DNA of 64,000 bases from Yuukianura sp. NJ FZ-2021 (lineage: Eukaryota): NCBI GenBank assembly GCA_046563655.1, contig CM102289.1, positions 8,370,001 to 8,434,000 of the forward strand. The letters run 5' to 3'. Below, one piece after another: positions 1 through 13,279 of the stretch. A model generated the notes under the pieces. It saw only the letters and a program-made list of their open reading frames with translations. It had not been told where the DNA came from and searched no databases. Both the position numbers and the translations under genes were made by a program. The stretch's first letter is position 1; every line of letters starts with the position of its first letter.

Positions 1-3000
1 TGCCTGTAATGGACTTAAATTTAGTAACAAACTAGGACTGAAGAAAATACGATAGTAACGAAGCATGTTTTTGCGCAATTTTACGCAAAATTTAGACAAG
101 GCTCCGGAAATTTTTACTGAAAGAAAAAAATCGCTGTTCACATTTTCCTCGTACACGCGTGTTTTCCTTTTTCCTGAAATTGAAAACTTTGGAGAAAAAA
201 AAACACGCATGTGAGGAAAGAAATTCAGTATCAAATTAATTTTCTCATTTCTAGGTTTTTAAAACTATCCGTTCTGTTGTCATTTTTTTGTTGCAAATGA
301 ATTCTAGAAACGTTTTTTGAAAACAGAAAATGAAAATTTGGGTTCTCGGAAAATTTTGAAAATGAAAGTACCGAGGGAATTGAAAGCGTGAAGGAAAATT
401 AATTAAGTGTAACTCCCAAGTCGGTAACTTTAGCTTTCTTTTAATACAAGAGCATTGTATCAATTGTAACAAGAAAATGAAATTTTTAAACTTCGAAAAA
501 CTTTCCAAATTACCTTAGTCTTTTCTCCTCCAGCTCTAACGGTACGAAGTCAGCTCGTTTCGAAAATTTCAAGTTTCCAAAATTTTGAACCAAACATAAC
601 ATTTTTGTCATTTAAATTTAACACAAATACTGATATTTACTTTCCGTCTTTTGCAACAAGTATTCCGGTGAATTGCTCAATTCACTTCTTCACAATTTGA
701 AATTTTCAAAATTTCAGTTCAGAAGACTGAAAACTCACTCACTTCAAAATTTGTTTAGAAGCGGAAGGCAATGGCAGTGGCAAAAGACCAATATTTTCTC
801 AACTGTCAAAACTGAATTAACGCAGAATGCGTTGTCACCAGGCGAAGATCTCCACTGCAATGCAGTTCTTTTCTCTTTGTGTGTGCAAAAATCGAGTCAT
901 ACGAGAAGAAATGACTTGCGAAGTCGTAAATCTCAAAATAGGCGTATGGAGTTAGTACGAACCAAAAGCGAAAAAACACATGAATGAGGACAGTTCGTTG
1001 GCAGAATCTTAAGAATCTTTCTGACTCCCCGCTTTTGGCAAAAGTTCAACACAGACTACGAACGGCGCTTGTTCTGCCTGCATTTTCTTCCGGTAGCAGA
1101 GACATATAGACGCTGCTCTCACAGTTTATTTTCAATTTAGGAAAAAACGGAGAAAAATAAGCCGCGTGTGCCTCAAAAAACCCAATGACAAACAGGAACT
1201 AACTTCAAGAAAATGAAAAAAACGCTGCAAAAAAATTTCCTTACGGTGTTGACGCTAAATGAAAACAAAAATAAACAAAAATGCTAAAGTAAAGTCGACA
1301 AACTTAAATTTATCTTTAAAAAAATTTACCTAACCTCTGACAACCATTAGGTTAGGTGACGAATCTTACCCAAGTCTGTTGAAATTTCAAAATTTTGGAG
1401 AAAGTTAAGCTTTCACTTGTACCTGCTTTGCGAATCCAAGTAAACGTCTTCGTCCAAGTCAAAACTTGACACAGAGCTGTGATCTCCGTCACTTGAATTG
1501 TGGACACAAATGATCGGCAGTCCAGTACTAGCATGGAGACTGCCAGTTTTGAAACCGCAGTTTTCGCAAGCCTGTCTATCAATTGTGGTAAACTGATTTT
1601 CCATCACGCTTAAGACTTAGGCTTAACAAGATGAAAGTGTTATTAATTAGGATAAACCGAAAGTAAACATGGAGCAGATGAAAGCCTTTGGCCACTACAA
1701 AGCTCCGCCGTAGAATGATGAAGCTCATCCGATCGTGCTTTTTCCAGAAGACGCTTCAAGACGATGATATTTAAGTTCTTAGCCAATGTCAAACTAATGT
1801 CTATTCTTAGACATGCCCTTCTCAAAAAGCCTATAAACCTAACATCTACTAGGCATTTTGGACAAGTGGGAAATAGAACGGAAGCTAACCTTGTTCCTGT
1901 TCTTAATAGAATTTCTACGAATCAACGAATCCACCCTCATAACATGAAAGTAAGTGACGATGTCAAGTTTGACAAGGTAAATAGTAAGTCTGATCATATC
2001 GAAACAGAATTAGAGTCTCTGTGGGTGGATATCACAAGTTAGACACTGAATTAATCAATCATTGCTCATTCTCTGACTAGGTTAAACTAACTTTAGTTTA
2101 CGAAACTTTTCTTACCTAACTTTTGTTACTCAACTTTTCAATTAGAGTGGATCAAACCTAATTCCCTGATCACGCATTGACGCTTCAAGGAAATTCGTCA
2201 AGGCGAAATTTTTGTAAATCCAAAATCACGCTTCGCCTACAAACCGAGCAGAATCTACCAAATGTTTCAAAATTTTAGAAAAAAAGAGGACAAAATGCAA
2301 ACCCGTATAACCTTTTCTGATTTCTGATTTTCTGAAATTTTGAAATATGAAAAATAAATTTTCCATGAAACAATACTGCCGAACTGAATGATCATATTGG
2401 ATTCGTCAATCGTCACCTTTGTCATCACTATACGCAATGTTGTCAAATTTTTTCTGGAATTGTTTTTTGGAAATATTTTCTGGAAACTCCAGCATCCAAA
2501 AAACTTGAACTTTGCACAACACCGTTTTGGGAAATTTTGCAAAATTTTTTGAAAAATTCTGGAAAGTGACATCATCGGTTTAAATTAAAACCTACCGGAA
2601 TTAATCAATATGTTGAGCATGGACAAGGTTGAGGTGACGCCGCTTTGCAATGTCAATATCACCGTCAATCTTTTGTAACCGGTTATATCACTACTGTCCT
2701 TTGCGTCCCCAAAGTCAATGTCAGTACGTCAATCGCTAACTTCCTTTAAGACAAACACGGATCTGCACTTTATAGGAAACACAAGACGCAATTCAACTTG
2801 TTTTTGGAACGCCATTGGAGCAACATTTTGACTAAAAATGTGCAGAATTAATTTTAAAAAAAAATTAAATTTGCAAATAAAAGGCTGCAATTCCAGATTC
2901 GTTCTCCAGTCGGATTTCCGCCTTAAGCAACTTTACAAGTTCCTTCGTCCAGTAAAATTTGCAAGAAAAAATTCACAATTTGCAACACAAAGTTTCGCAT

Positions 3001-3019
3001 TTAAAAAAAAAGGTACAAA

Positions 3020-3870
3020 ATGTTGAAAATAATTCTACTCGCCATCCTAGTTGAAACAGTATTTGGTGAGGCCAACGCACAAGCAGGGCGGTAAGTTTCA
3101 AGAAGGAAATTTTACAGCCATTTCAAACTACATCAATATTCTTAAATTTTTTCATAAACCTGAAATTTTTCATTAAAATTTTAGTTTCATTCCGCAATCG
3201 CCCAACTCTCGAGCGAAGTACAGCAATCGGAATGATCCACCGCAGAAAGTAGATTACATGAAGTACAGATTCGACGCAGATAGTGGCAAGTATATTCGTC
3301 TTGGAACGACCGACAAATGTCCAGGAAACATGCGGTTCTTTGCAGTGCTAAAAAACGAGACTGCTGGAATGTGTGATTGCGACTACTACCAATGTTCACG
3401 CCCTTCAATCTACTCTCCGAAAACAAAAGAATGCTACTTTGCTTGGACACAGGTAAGAGGTCAAAGGTCAATGAACCCAGAAAACGTCACAAAAACGTAT
3501 CCAGAAAAAGTCTAACGTAACCTTGACAACGTAGGGACCATGTGCCGAAGGTGAATGGTTCACTTTTGACAAAGATCTGAAACCCGTCTGCGAACGCCGT
3601 GCTTGTGCCCAGGGAGCTGACGAAGGTGTAATAACTGCGGATACTGTTTCATTATCATACTGGTTCAAAAATCCTGTTGATGGAGAGTGTTATGAAAGTG
3701 GTTCCCAAGGTTACTGTAAAGAAGAGGACGAAACGCTGTTGATTTCTCCAGGCGAACCATATCCAAAATGCCGATCGACGTCACTGTGTGTCCCACTGGG
3801 ACGACCCGAACCTCAGCTCTGTTTTCCAGGAAACCGAATGACATACCTTGGTCTCTGCGACGCCCACTAA
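3020..3870 (+). CDS. Secreted cysteine-rich protein, DUF4789-like (3 exons: 3020-3090, 3185-3452, ~3535-3870)
   Basis: Signal peptide MLKIILLAILVETVFG. GT-AG introns join exons in frame. Repeated CYxxxxQG(P/Y)C motifs (CYFAWTQ|GPC, CYESGSQGYC) resemble arthropod DUF4789 proteins. TAA ends at 3870. Confidence 0.75.
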
Positions 3871-3963
3871 ACTTTTGCTAACTAAACGTTACTACTATTA
3901 AGTTATTTCATCCTAAGCATACGAATTAATTAACTACGCCAATTAGATTAAAAGTAATTCAAC

Positions 3964-4227
3964 TTACGACAAAATTAACTTCCGCGGAGAGTGAACCATT
4001 TTTAAGTTGTCGGCTTCAGGTGTTGGCGGATCTTCAATGACGACAGGAATCACTGGCCTACAAAACAAAAAAAAATCGTAGAATTATAATTGCTATTTAA
4101 GTTATAGTTATAATTATAATTTTATAATTGTGAAATATTCCTACTAAAATTGGCAACAATGTTTAGTTTACCTTGACTTTGCCTTGCGTGGAGAAGGACC
4201 AACACTGACGTTGACATTGTTGTCCAT
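3964..4227 (-). CDS. Putative 2-exon 49-aa micro-protein (exons 4227-4172, 4057-3964)
   Basis: An AG|GTAAAC donor and a strong T-rich TAG acceptor join in frame to give MDNNVNVSVGPSPRKAKSRPVIPVVIEDPPTPEADNLKMVHSPRKLILS*. No homology recognised. Confidence 0.4.
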
Positions 4228-4806
4228 TACAACTCTAACAAATTTTGCACATTCGAAGTAGTAGTAATCTCCATCGTGTGCTAATTTCACTCAACTTTCT
4301 GCTTAACCCATTTTTCTAAGAATATTATTGTAATTGTGGCAGTTTCAAAGTGAAAGTCACTAGTGAATTTTAAAGTTTTGAAATTTGAAATGACATAATT
4401 TGAAAATTTTGGAAAAATTGCCAATAAATTACGTGTAAGTGGATGTGGGTTAAAACAGTCGGTGGGACAAGGGCGGCGGGCGTTCGAGGCCAGACCTCGT
4501 TTCACATTGAACTTTCTCCCTGCTGCTCGCTTTGTGTAAAGAATCTGTGCTGGAAGAAAGTGTAACGAAAGATTGGAGAAAGGATAAGCTCCATGAACGC
4601 ATGCGATGCATTTTCTGGATCGATTGACAATTTTAGGAAATTCAACAGCACTGTTTCAAACAGGAGCTGAAATTTTGAGGTTACTGCGAATCTTATTGTC
4701 ACTTTTGCAATAAATGACAAGAAAATTAAAAAGAAATATACGATGGCTTGTGCCGTGTCAAGTAAAAATTAAGTTAAGGTTAAATTGATAATTAGGTTTC
4801 ATAAAT

Positions 4807-5891
4807 CTACATCTTTTCGTAAGTTTCAGTTTTACCACAATCCTTGCAAATGTGTTCATAATCGTCGCTAGCGGAACGATAAACTTCGGCTGTCCATACA
4901 TGAGTGTGGGCAGACAAGTCTCGAGTGTAGAGGCTACTTCGAGCTGCCATGCGCAGCGTATTCATCTTCTTGTTGTACTTTTTTATCTTCGTTTTTACTC
5001 GATTCTCCTCTCGCAGTTCGCGTTGTGAACTAATGTTGTCCAGGGACCCCCATACTTCAATAGCTCGCTTTTCAATCTATCGACGAAAAATTAATAAAAT
5101 CAGAGCCAATTCTATTTCTTTTTTCACCGCTAAATCAAATCTGTCATACCTGCAGCCTTAAGTATAACTTCATGTCTCCCCATCGCGGGTTATGCGGATT
5201 CGGTCGACTGATGTACTTCAACGCAGGTTCACGCTTATCGAAATCTTCATCTTTTAGTAAGAATTCCTGTTTAGCATCGGTCCTGGTGATGTAGGCGTGT
5301 ACTCCATCGCTATCCCTGAAAATCCAGAAGTAGAAGTTAATTACTAATTGAAATAATAAATCGTAAGGATCCTATTAATTTATACCTGCAGGCATCGCAA
5401 ACATGGTAGTCATACGTATGGAATAGGAAGGAGGTAGAGAATGTTTTATGACAATTTTCACATGTTGGAGCTTCATGAATGATCGGTGGAGGTTCTGTTA
5501 CAACGTTCTTCGGTGTCTCTTCCTCTTCAATAAGGTCCTTCTCCTCCAATAAAAATCCACCACCGGTGTCAATCAATTTGTATCCTTGTACGCGTACTAC
5601 TTGTCCTTGTTTGACGATCTCCTTCAGCTCTTCTTCCCTTAGAATCTCCTCATCAGTTTTTTGTCGCTTTGGTTTTGGCTGAATTTGAGGCGACGACGGT
5701 GACGGTGAGCTACCAAGGTTCGGAATTTGGGAAGACACGTTGAGGAGATGCAACTTTCGCTTTTCTTGGGCAGCTCTACGATTTCTCTCGATTCTTTCCA
5801 GTATTTCCGGTGACAGGGTCGTCCCCTCACAGGAAGTGGCAGACGATGACTCAACAGTTTTAGTAGTGACTTCTTCCTCTGCTGCTGCCAT
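4807..5891 (-). CDS. XPA: DNA repair protein XPA (3 coding exons)
   Basis: N-terminal RIERNRRAA motif, ERCC1-binding DTGGGF, C4 zinc finger CENC..CDAC, a KLYLRLQ exon, and C-terminal HTHVW...[13 protein letters not shown]. Confidence 0.95.
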
Positions 5892-6485
5892 GCTAATAAT
5901 CGTTATACTGTACAGTCCAATCGTTCACTCTGCAACAGATTAGATAGATTTTAGCGTAGTTTTAGTTGGAAGCAAACACATTCCGTGTTTTACTTACTGT
6001 TTATCATCAGTGAGCCTAATAAGATAAGAATCCCGCTGGACGATAATGAGAATGATACGTTTGTTAACGATTTGGAATATCGAATTCGGCGCCCAAACAC
6101 AGCGTAAATTTAAATTCGAAAATCCAATTTAGATTTATTTTTTTATTTTTTTTTTTGCGAGAAATTTGAATGTCGGAAACTCCCGCCATGCGATGATGAA
6201 AATATAGACCACACTAATCCTTGGTATACTCTGACAATATCCATTTCTCAGAAATAAGTTTCAATAAAGTTTAATTTGCTAATTAATTTGATATAGTCGC
6301 GAAATTATAGACGCTGAATTAGCAATTATTTTATAACTGCATTTACTGATACTTTTCTGTCGAGCCTTTAGGGAACGCTAGGAAGTTGCTTCCAATTAAT
6401 AACAACAATTAATCGCTGCTAATTAAAGAACTCTTTGCTAAACAAGTCAACTAATAAATCTAGTACATTTGTTTTAGGATGCAGT

Positions 6486-7175
6486 TTAGTATGAAACAGT
6501 GACCACTGCACTAATGACGAGAACCAATGAAAAGGAAGTGGAGAAAACTGGACGTCCGCCATTACGACCATGATTATGCCCATGATTGCTGCCATGTTGA
6601 CTGCCACTGCCGGTGTTACCTCCTTGGTTTCTGTAGGCACAAACTCCGCGGAGACATTCCGTGTTGAGTGCGGTTAGCAGACATTCCTCATCAGCTTGAC
6701 ATGTTTCCCCAATTTCTCGAACATAGTAGCACTTCTTATTGAAGAAGCCAACATCTTTAATAGCGTCACAGCATTGGCAGCGATTGAGGGCCGGGTCAAG
6801 TGGATGGCTGTGGCAACTGGCTAAATTTCCATAGATTCGTTGGCATTTGTTCGTATGGTCACACTGGTCATTGATTGTAGTACATCTTGGACTCGGTCGG
6901 GCGCCAAAAGTGTTTGCCATCGCAGAAGCTCCTGCTGTCCGTTGCTTCGGCTCTGCCGGAAAGCACTTGTCGAATTCCTCTGTATAAATCCAGGGAACGT
7001 TTGTCTCTGGGTCCATTTTGCATTCGCAAACCTTCTCGTCTGAGCAAGCAAAATCCTTGAATTCATCGCAGATTCTTGAGCTACAATCTTCTTTGTATCC
7101 AGCTTGAATGGATTCCCAGGCCATGGAATTGGAAAATAGCAGGGCGAAGAGTACAATCGGCATCTTGGAGGCCAT
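6486..7175 (-). CDS. Intronless Cys-rich cell-surface protein (signal peptide, EB-module-like Cys repeats, probable GPI signal), about 229 aa
   Basis: ORF from ATG 7175: MASKMPIVLFALLF signal, more than 20 Cys including IGETCQADEEC...ECLRGVC, a G/N/H-rich spacer, and a terminal hydrophobic tail with no cytoplasmic segment. Confidence 0.75.
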   Translation of the reverse strand: MASKMPIVLFALLFSNSMAWESIQAGYKEDCSSRICDEFKDFACSDEKVCECKMDPETNVPWIYTEEFDKCFPAEPKQRTAGASAMANTFGARPSPRCTTINDQCDHTNKCQRIYGNLASCHSHPLDPALNRCQCCDAIKDVGFFNKKCYYVREIGETCQADEECLLTALNTECLRGVCAYRNQGGNTGSGSQHGSNHGHNHGRNGGRPVFSTSFSLVLVISAVVTVSY

Positions 7176-8454
7176 TTTCTCTTCTTCTTGGCAAAATTCT
7201 TCAGCAAAAATCAGTCTGGTAAGGGTGGTGCCAAATCTAGGACTGAACAAATTGTCGGAGACTAAAATCCAAAGGATACTAGCGTTGTTTGGTTATCCTT
7301 GACTGAATTTCTCATCATTTACATTGAAATCCAATACTAAACCATCATTGCTTCAGCAAAATTGTGCTGATAAAGAGCTTTTGTCACTTCTAATCTTTGA
7401 AGAGCCGCAATTTGCTAATCTGTACCCGAAAATTGTTTGCTTTTCGATCACCCATTTCCTTTCGTTTTGTGTCACCGAATCACGCATATCCGTTCTTATT
7501 CGCTCAGCGTTTTTCCTAACTGCAATTTATTGTTATAATTTTGAGCTCTCCCACCCCTCGAATCCTACCATAGTACCATAGTAGTCACCCTATTTTGAAT
7601 GTTAACATGAAAATACAATGTGCGGCTAATAATGACTCACAGAATATGTTCCGGGATACGTGCATGGAATGAAAAATTAACGTAATAATTAAATTCGAAC
7701 GTTAGCGCCAATTTAATTTAAAATATTTATATTCCGTGGAACCGTGGAAGGATTTTCTTCCTTGTTTTCCGCTCCGCTCCTATATAGCCGCTCTCATTTG
7801 AGAGCAAATTTTAAGCCATTTTTTGAATTGGCCCGCCATTTTAAGCCGAAATGTCTGCCCAAATTCAAATTATTGCGGGAAAGTACTGATTTAGTTACGG
7901 ACAACCGTATTGAGATGAAACGCAGAAGCGAAGCGACTGATGTGACGAATCCTCGGAAAAGAGCGGGAATGGCAGACGCCTGTATTCTTATTACACAACA
8001 CAGTTCCTGTTTACCACTTTGCCGTTGGTCTTGTTTTTGTTGTGTTTGTTGTGCAATTTCAATTTTACAATTTCAATGTCAACATAACACACAGACCCCG
8101 TAGCCGTACTAGAATCAGAATCCGACGACCCCTCCAACTATCTCCGGTTTCTACCATATCGTCGTCGGTCTCAAGGTTTACATGTTACATACACAAAACA
8201 AAACGATTAGTACATCCGATCCGGGTCCGGTTGGACGCTCGTTAATAGATTCGTAACAGATCGGTAATATTAATAAGAATGACACCACTACTAAGAATTA
8301 CTAACTATAAGAATGTATTTTCGGTTTAATTGTGCAGGTTTTCTCCTATATCATCGTGTTTAGAGGTCACTGGTTTGTATTGTACTAATAGAAAAACAGT
8401 AAACTTCAACCATTCTTTTCCAATTCCAGGTTATCTCTCAGCTGATTGTGTAAA

Positions 8455-11400
8455 ATGAAGTTATTCAACAAGGAGAGCCAGGAATGGACAAATGTCGCTG
8501 TAGCTTCACCTTCCCAGCCTCGCGAGCTACCATTACTACTACCGATAGGCACTGTAGCCCACTTAATAAATCCACCGCCGATACCACCAGCCAGTGTTCA
8601 GAAAGATGGATGTAATAGAAAAGTTGTTCTGGTCAAAAGCACGAAAATAATGCAAGAGAAAAACGTAAAGCGGAACACGCTTCCAGATGATTCACTTCCG
8701 ACAAGGTTATCAGCTCGTAAACGATCAAGAACTAGTACTGAAGTGGAAGTGGATATAATCAAGCCAGCTCTTGCCGAACCAGAATTTATTCTTCCCGATA
8801 TGGATCCTCCGGAACAGTATGTATCGCCACCCGGTTATTTGTCGTCAATTGCAATTACTACTAATACCACACTGATTTCATCTCCTCTCCAAAGTGTTAA
8901 TTCAGTAACACTTAGAAATGGAGTCATCGTACAACAGGATTATACCCGTGTAAAAACCAACAACAATGTTCACATGCAAATGGAGAGACTGGTGCATACC
9001 GAAACCACCGACATACCGGTAATGAAGACTGATTATATATTTGATGTTCCGAATGTGTCTGTAGCACCTTACCTTGTTAAGTCAAATATACCTAACGGTA
9101 TCTCCATCACGTCGGTGCCGCCAGGAGAGTGTAGTCAATCGACACTGGAAATTGAACCAAATCAAGCATCAGCTGAAGCAAATGTCGTTCTGATAGCTGA
9201 TGAAGAACAGACTGACCTTCCAGCTACTACTGTGTTGACTACACCAAAGCCAATGTCTCAAGATCGTGTAACGAAGAAGGAACGGGAGGATATTATAGCC
9301 GGAAGAGTTGAAATTCCTGGATTAATTCCTTCATTTGTCGGAATTTCTGATCTACCAATCACAATTCCTCAAAAAACTAACTACCTCAAAGCTGGACTTC
9401 TGTCTACTTGTTTCAAAAAGGACCGTAATGACACTTCTGCTGGAGAAGAAATTGTTAGAGACTCGGACATCCCTTGCACTAAGGAATCACTTTTTCCTGA
9501 AATGCCAGATTTGGGTGGCAACGTACAGCTCCCATTGGATGAGCCCAATTATTGTCTTCCCTACGATATTTTTTGTTTCGGTGTAACGAAAACGAAGTCC
9601 AAACTGGAAGAGTGGATTAAAACTGAAGAGGAACGACGAGCCGAGGAGCGTTTGAAAAGAAAGCAGGAAGCACGGAAGAAATCGCTGTCGTCCAAAACGC
9701 CCACAATCCCACCAGTTTCGTGGAAATACAGACTACTTAGGACAAGTAAGTCCAATTTGTATCAATTTATTTATTTATATTATAAATATATATTAAACTA
9801 TAATATAATACTAATATTAATTTTTCTTTGCATAGACACATATATCGGAATGAACCGACCTCAAAAAGATGAAGATCAGGATCATGCTTGCGAATGTAAA
9901 AATGAGCCGATGAAATGTTCTACTGAAGATTGCCTCAACCGAGTAGTTTATACTGAATGTCCTGCAACCTGTGGCGAGGAGTGTATGAATCGCAGAATCC
10001 AGAAACGCAGTTGGGCAAAAGACCTGAAACTGTTTCAAACGAAGTTCAAGGGATTCGGCGTTAAGACTCTCACTGGCATCAAGAAGGGAGATTTCATCTT
10101 GGAGTACGTCGGAGAAGTCGTGACAGACGCTGAGTTTCGTCGAAGGATGTCTGAAGTCTATGTGAATGATACGCATCACTATTGTCTTCACCTTGATTCT
10201 GGTCTTGTGATTGATGGTCATCGGTCAGGAGACAAAGGTATGCTAACATTGCAAACTTAGCAAATTGCTAAGTTCACATTTACTTGTTTCGCTAAAACTG
10301 TTTTTCCCAATGTCTATCTTGTCGTTTGTAGGACGTTTTGTGAATCACTCCTGTGAACCAAACTGTGAGATGCAAAAGTGGTCGGTGAATGGGCTCCATC
10401 GCATGGCTCTCTTCGCACTTCAAGATATTTTCCCCGGTGAAGAACTTTCCTACGATTACAACTTCTCTTTGTATAATGAAGCCGAAGGGCAGGTACGGAC
10501 GTTATAATTTTCTTCTTACTTAACTTAATTTGTGTATTCGTGCAGTTTTTTTAAACTTTTTATGTAGTAATAGGTAGTATTTGGTGAAAATATGAAAGTT
10601 ATGCTGACTTTTTTCCAATTGTGGTTACAGCCTTGCTACTGCCGAAGTGCTAATTGTCGTGGAATCATTGGTGGCAAAGTGAAAGCTAGAACTCCTGGAC
10701 AGGATCAACAGAGTCGAAAGAAGAAGGCGGGACAAGCAGCACTATCACAGAACAGCGACGTTATTTTCTTCAGGAAAAAGACTGATGATAGCATCAAAGC
10801 TTTGTCCAGAAGGGAGGTCAAATTCGTTAGAGACTCAAAAATTTTCTTGGTCCGAAACTACGACAAGGTAAATGTTCAACTTTTCATTTCATTTAGATAA
10901 ATGTACTGCTAATATTTGCTGAAATTAACAAATTAAATCTTATAGGTTGGAAATGTTGACTCTGAAGAGGAGAAAGAACTGAAAGAGAAACTACGCAGAC
11001 GAGCTCACAAACTGTTGATGGCATGGGCAAGTAGACTGACCAATGGATCGACCAAGTTCAAAAAGCAGTTGGTTCTCACTGGAGAAAATCCAAGAGTGGC
11101 CGCTATAGCAAAGAAGGCACAAGTTTTCTTTGAATTGTTCCGTCATCTCACCAAAGCCAAAAGTAAGACCTTGAAGAATCTCCAAATCATAATATGGGCT
11201 ACTAATTCTCTGATTTTTTCAGATACTTCAGAAGAAGGAAGAAAGTTGCTATGCGAGCTTTTTATGGCAGTTCCTCCAGAGTCTGATTACCCAGTCTTTC
11301 ATCAAGTATTTCAAAATACGAAGTTAGATGGTTTGGAGTCAATTGGGAAATCTATACTTGAGTGTAACTACGAATCACTTCAGCAACTAGAAGAAGATAT

Positions 11401-13279
11401 ACGTATTGTTGTTACGGAGTTTGCTCAAGCATATGAAGCTGAGGAGCCAGAAGCCATTTCACTACTCGATTCCATCAGAGACGTATACAAGAGTGCTAAA
11501 GCAGAGGCTCTTCAAGTCCTAGAGCCCTTCATTGAGTATGCAGCTTCAGACCAAGGTGGCAACACACTGTTGCCACCGTTCATCACAAGTGACAACGACT
11601 TGGTGAATGGTGTCGCTAGTGGCGACGAAGAGACAATTCTGCGCTGTATTTGTGGAACTTTTGCTGAGGAAGGTGTGTTGGTGCAGTGCAGCAAATGCAG
11701 CATTTGGCAACATTGTGATTGTATGAGGTGGCCTTATGATCGTGACGAGTCCGGTAACTCTAAAAACCAGAGCCGTAAATGTTCAACGTCAAGCGGGCGG
11801 GGTCGAGGTCGTCCACGGAAGATTGTTATAACAGAAGAACAGCATTCGACTAATCCACTGAATAAAGCAGAACCTATGGAAACCGAAGTGATTACTATCG
11901 ATGACGATACTGACTCGGGCAAGAATGCTGCTTCAGCTGGGCAAGACAATGCTAAAACTGATGTGGATTCGAAAGATGATTACTATTGTGAGAAATGTCA
12001 ACCTCGAGAGGTCAATTTAGAAATTCCAATGGGCGGACCAGAAGACACGACTGAGAGAACATATTATCTGACACTTCTCAGGGACGACGGTTTTCTTGTT
12101 CGCAGAAACGACACGGTGTATGTTCTACGAGACTATCCAAAGGACCAACGATTTTTGGCTGATGGAACTCTCCGTCCTCGCTTGACGTATCGAGATGCTG
12201 GACCACTCGTCGCAGATAACTGTGATATTCTTAGGATTGATAGACTTTGGATAGACGAAGAGTAAGTCAGCTGTTTAGATGCATAAATATGGGTCTAAAC
12301 AGCATATTATGTAAATATTCACAAAGTATTGGCAAGTATTCAATATGATTTGTTTGTCGTACAGGGGAAACAGAATGGTGGTGGGATACAATTACTTTCG
12401 TCCGAACGAGTCGTTTCATGAGAGAAGTCGTCGGTTTTATCCGAATGAAATCCTGCGTGCTCCGGTTCCTGAAAATATTAACATTGAGTACATCCACGGA
12501 CGATGTTGGGTGTTGGACACAAACACTTTTTGTATCGGAAGGCCAATTGGTGAGCAAAATGCTAAGCATTAGATTACTTGGTAGATATATAAGATGCTGG
12601 TTGAATATTTATGACTAACTTTGAGTATTTTATGTTACAGGATCTGTGGAAGAACATGTTTATGTGTGTGACTTTCGTGTTGACAAATCGGGACGAATCT
12701 TTAATCGAATTGGAGGCAAGAAGCAAGGAATATGCACGAAGTCCTTTGCCTTCAATAAGTTTGAAACCAAAATCAAGATCAATCGAAATATTTATGTAAG
12801 TTCTAAGTTGACCGTTTTCAAAATTGTGAATTTCATGTTACCATAAAGTGATTTTAAATGGTTGAATTTGACGATTTTAGCCTCACGGTCCACCAGTGCC
12901 GGATTTCAAAGTGAGCAGCCAACTTTTCGGACGAGGTAGACCAAGATCTCCGCGTAGAAGTACGGCGGAGGGCAACCACAAATCGAGAAATAAAACTTTG
13001 TCTGTATTTGAACTGCGTGAACGTGACAAGAAGGTAATAACTTCAAGTTAATTGTAATTTGTAATTCCTTGTAAAAAGTTTTTAAACATTGTTTTGCTTA
13101 TGTAGAGGATGAGACAAGCACAAAATCTGCATGCTGTTGTAGACGACCTGCGCAAAGGTATCAAGAACTTTAGTGTGGATCCGGTTGACCTGTCACCGCT
13201 ACTGGCAAAAAGCTTGTTGACAGAGGAAAGGAAAACACGGAAACGCAAGTCTATATGTTACAGGGATCTTCTGGAATAA
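8455..13279 (+). CDS. ash1: ASH1-like histone H3K36 methyltransferase (AWS-SET-postSET, bromo-like, PHD, BAH; about 10 coding exons, about 1340 aa)
   Basis: AWS ([10 protein letters not shown]), SET ([38 protein letters not shown]), post-[19 protein letters not shown]...WQHCDC, and BAH ([19 protein letters not shown]) occur in ASH1 order. Confidence 0.92.

Noticed and set aside
500..2750. Short ORFs and exon-like pieces on the minus strand (for example 1413-1607 and a donor at about 511)
   Set aside because: I could not join them into a continuous frame or recognise a domain. They may be UTR or alternative exons of a gene extending left of the window.
4450..4700. GC-rich patch with a small hairpin, considered as snRNA, 7SK, RNase P/MRP or hammerhead
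   Set aside because: No diagnostic motifs or closing stem. More likely promoter or UTR sequence.
7744..8245. 119-aa and 67-aa ORFs upstream of ASH1
   Set aside because: They overlap the probable promoter and 5' UTR, have non-ATG starts and lack protein-like features.
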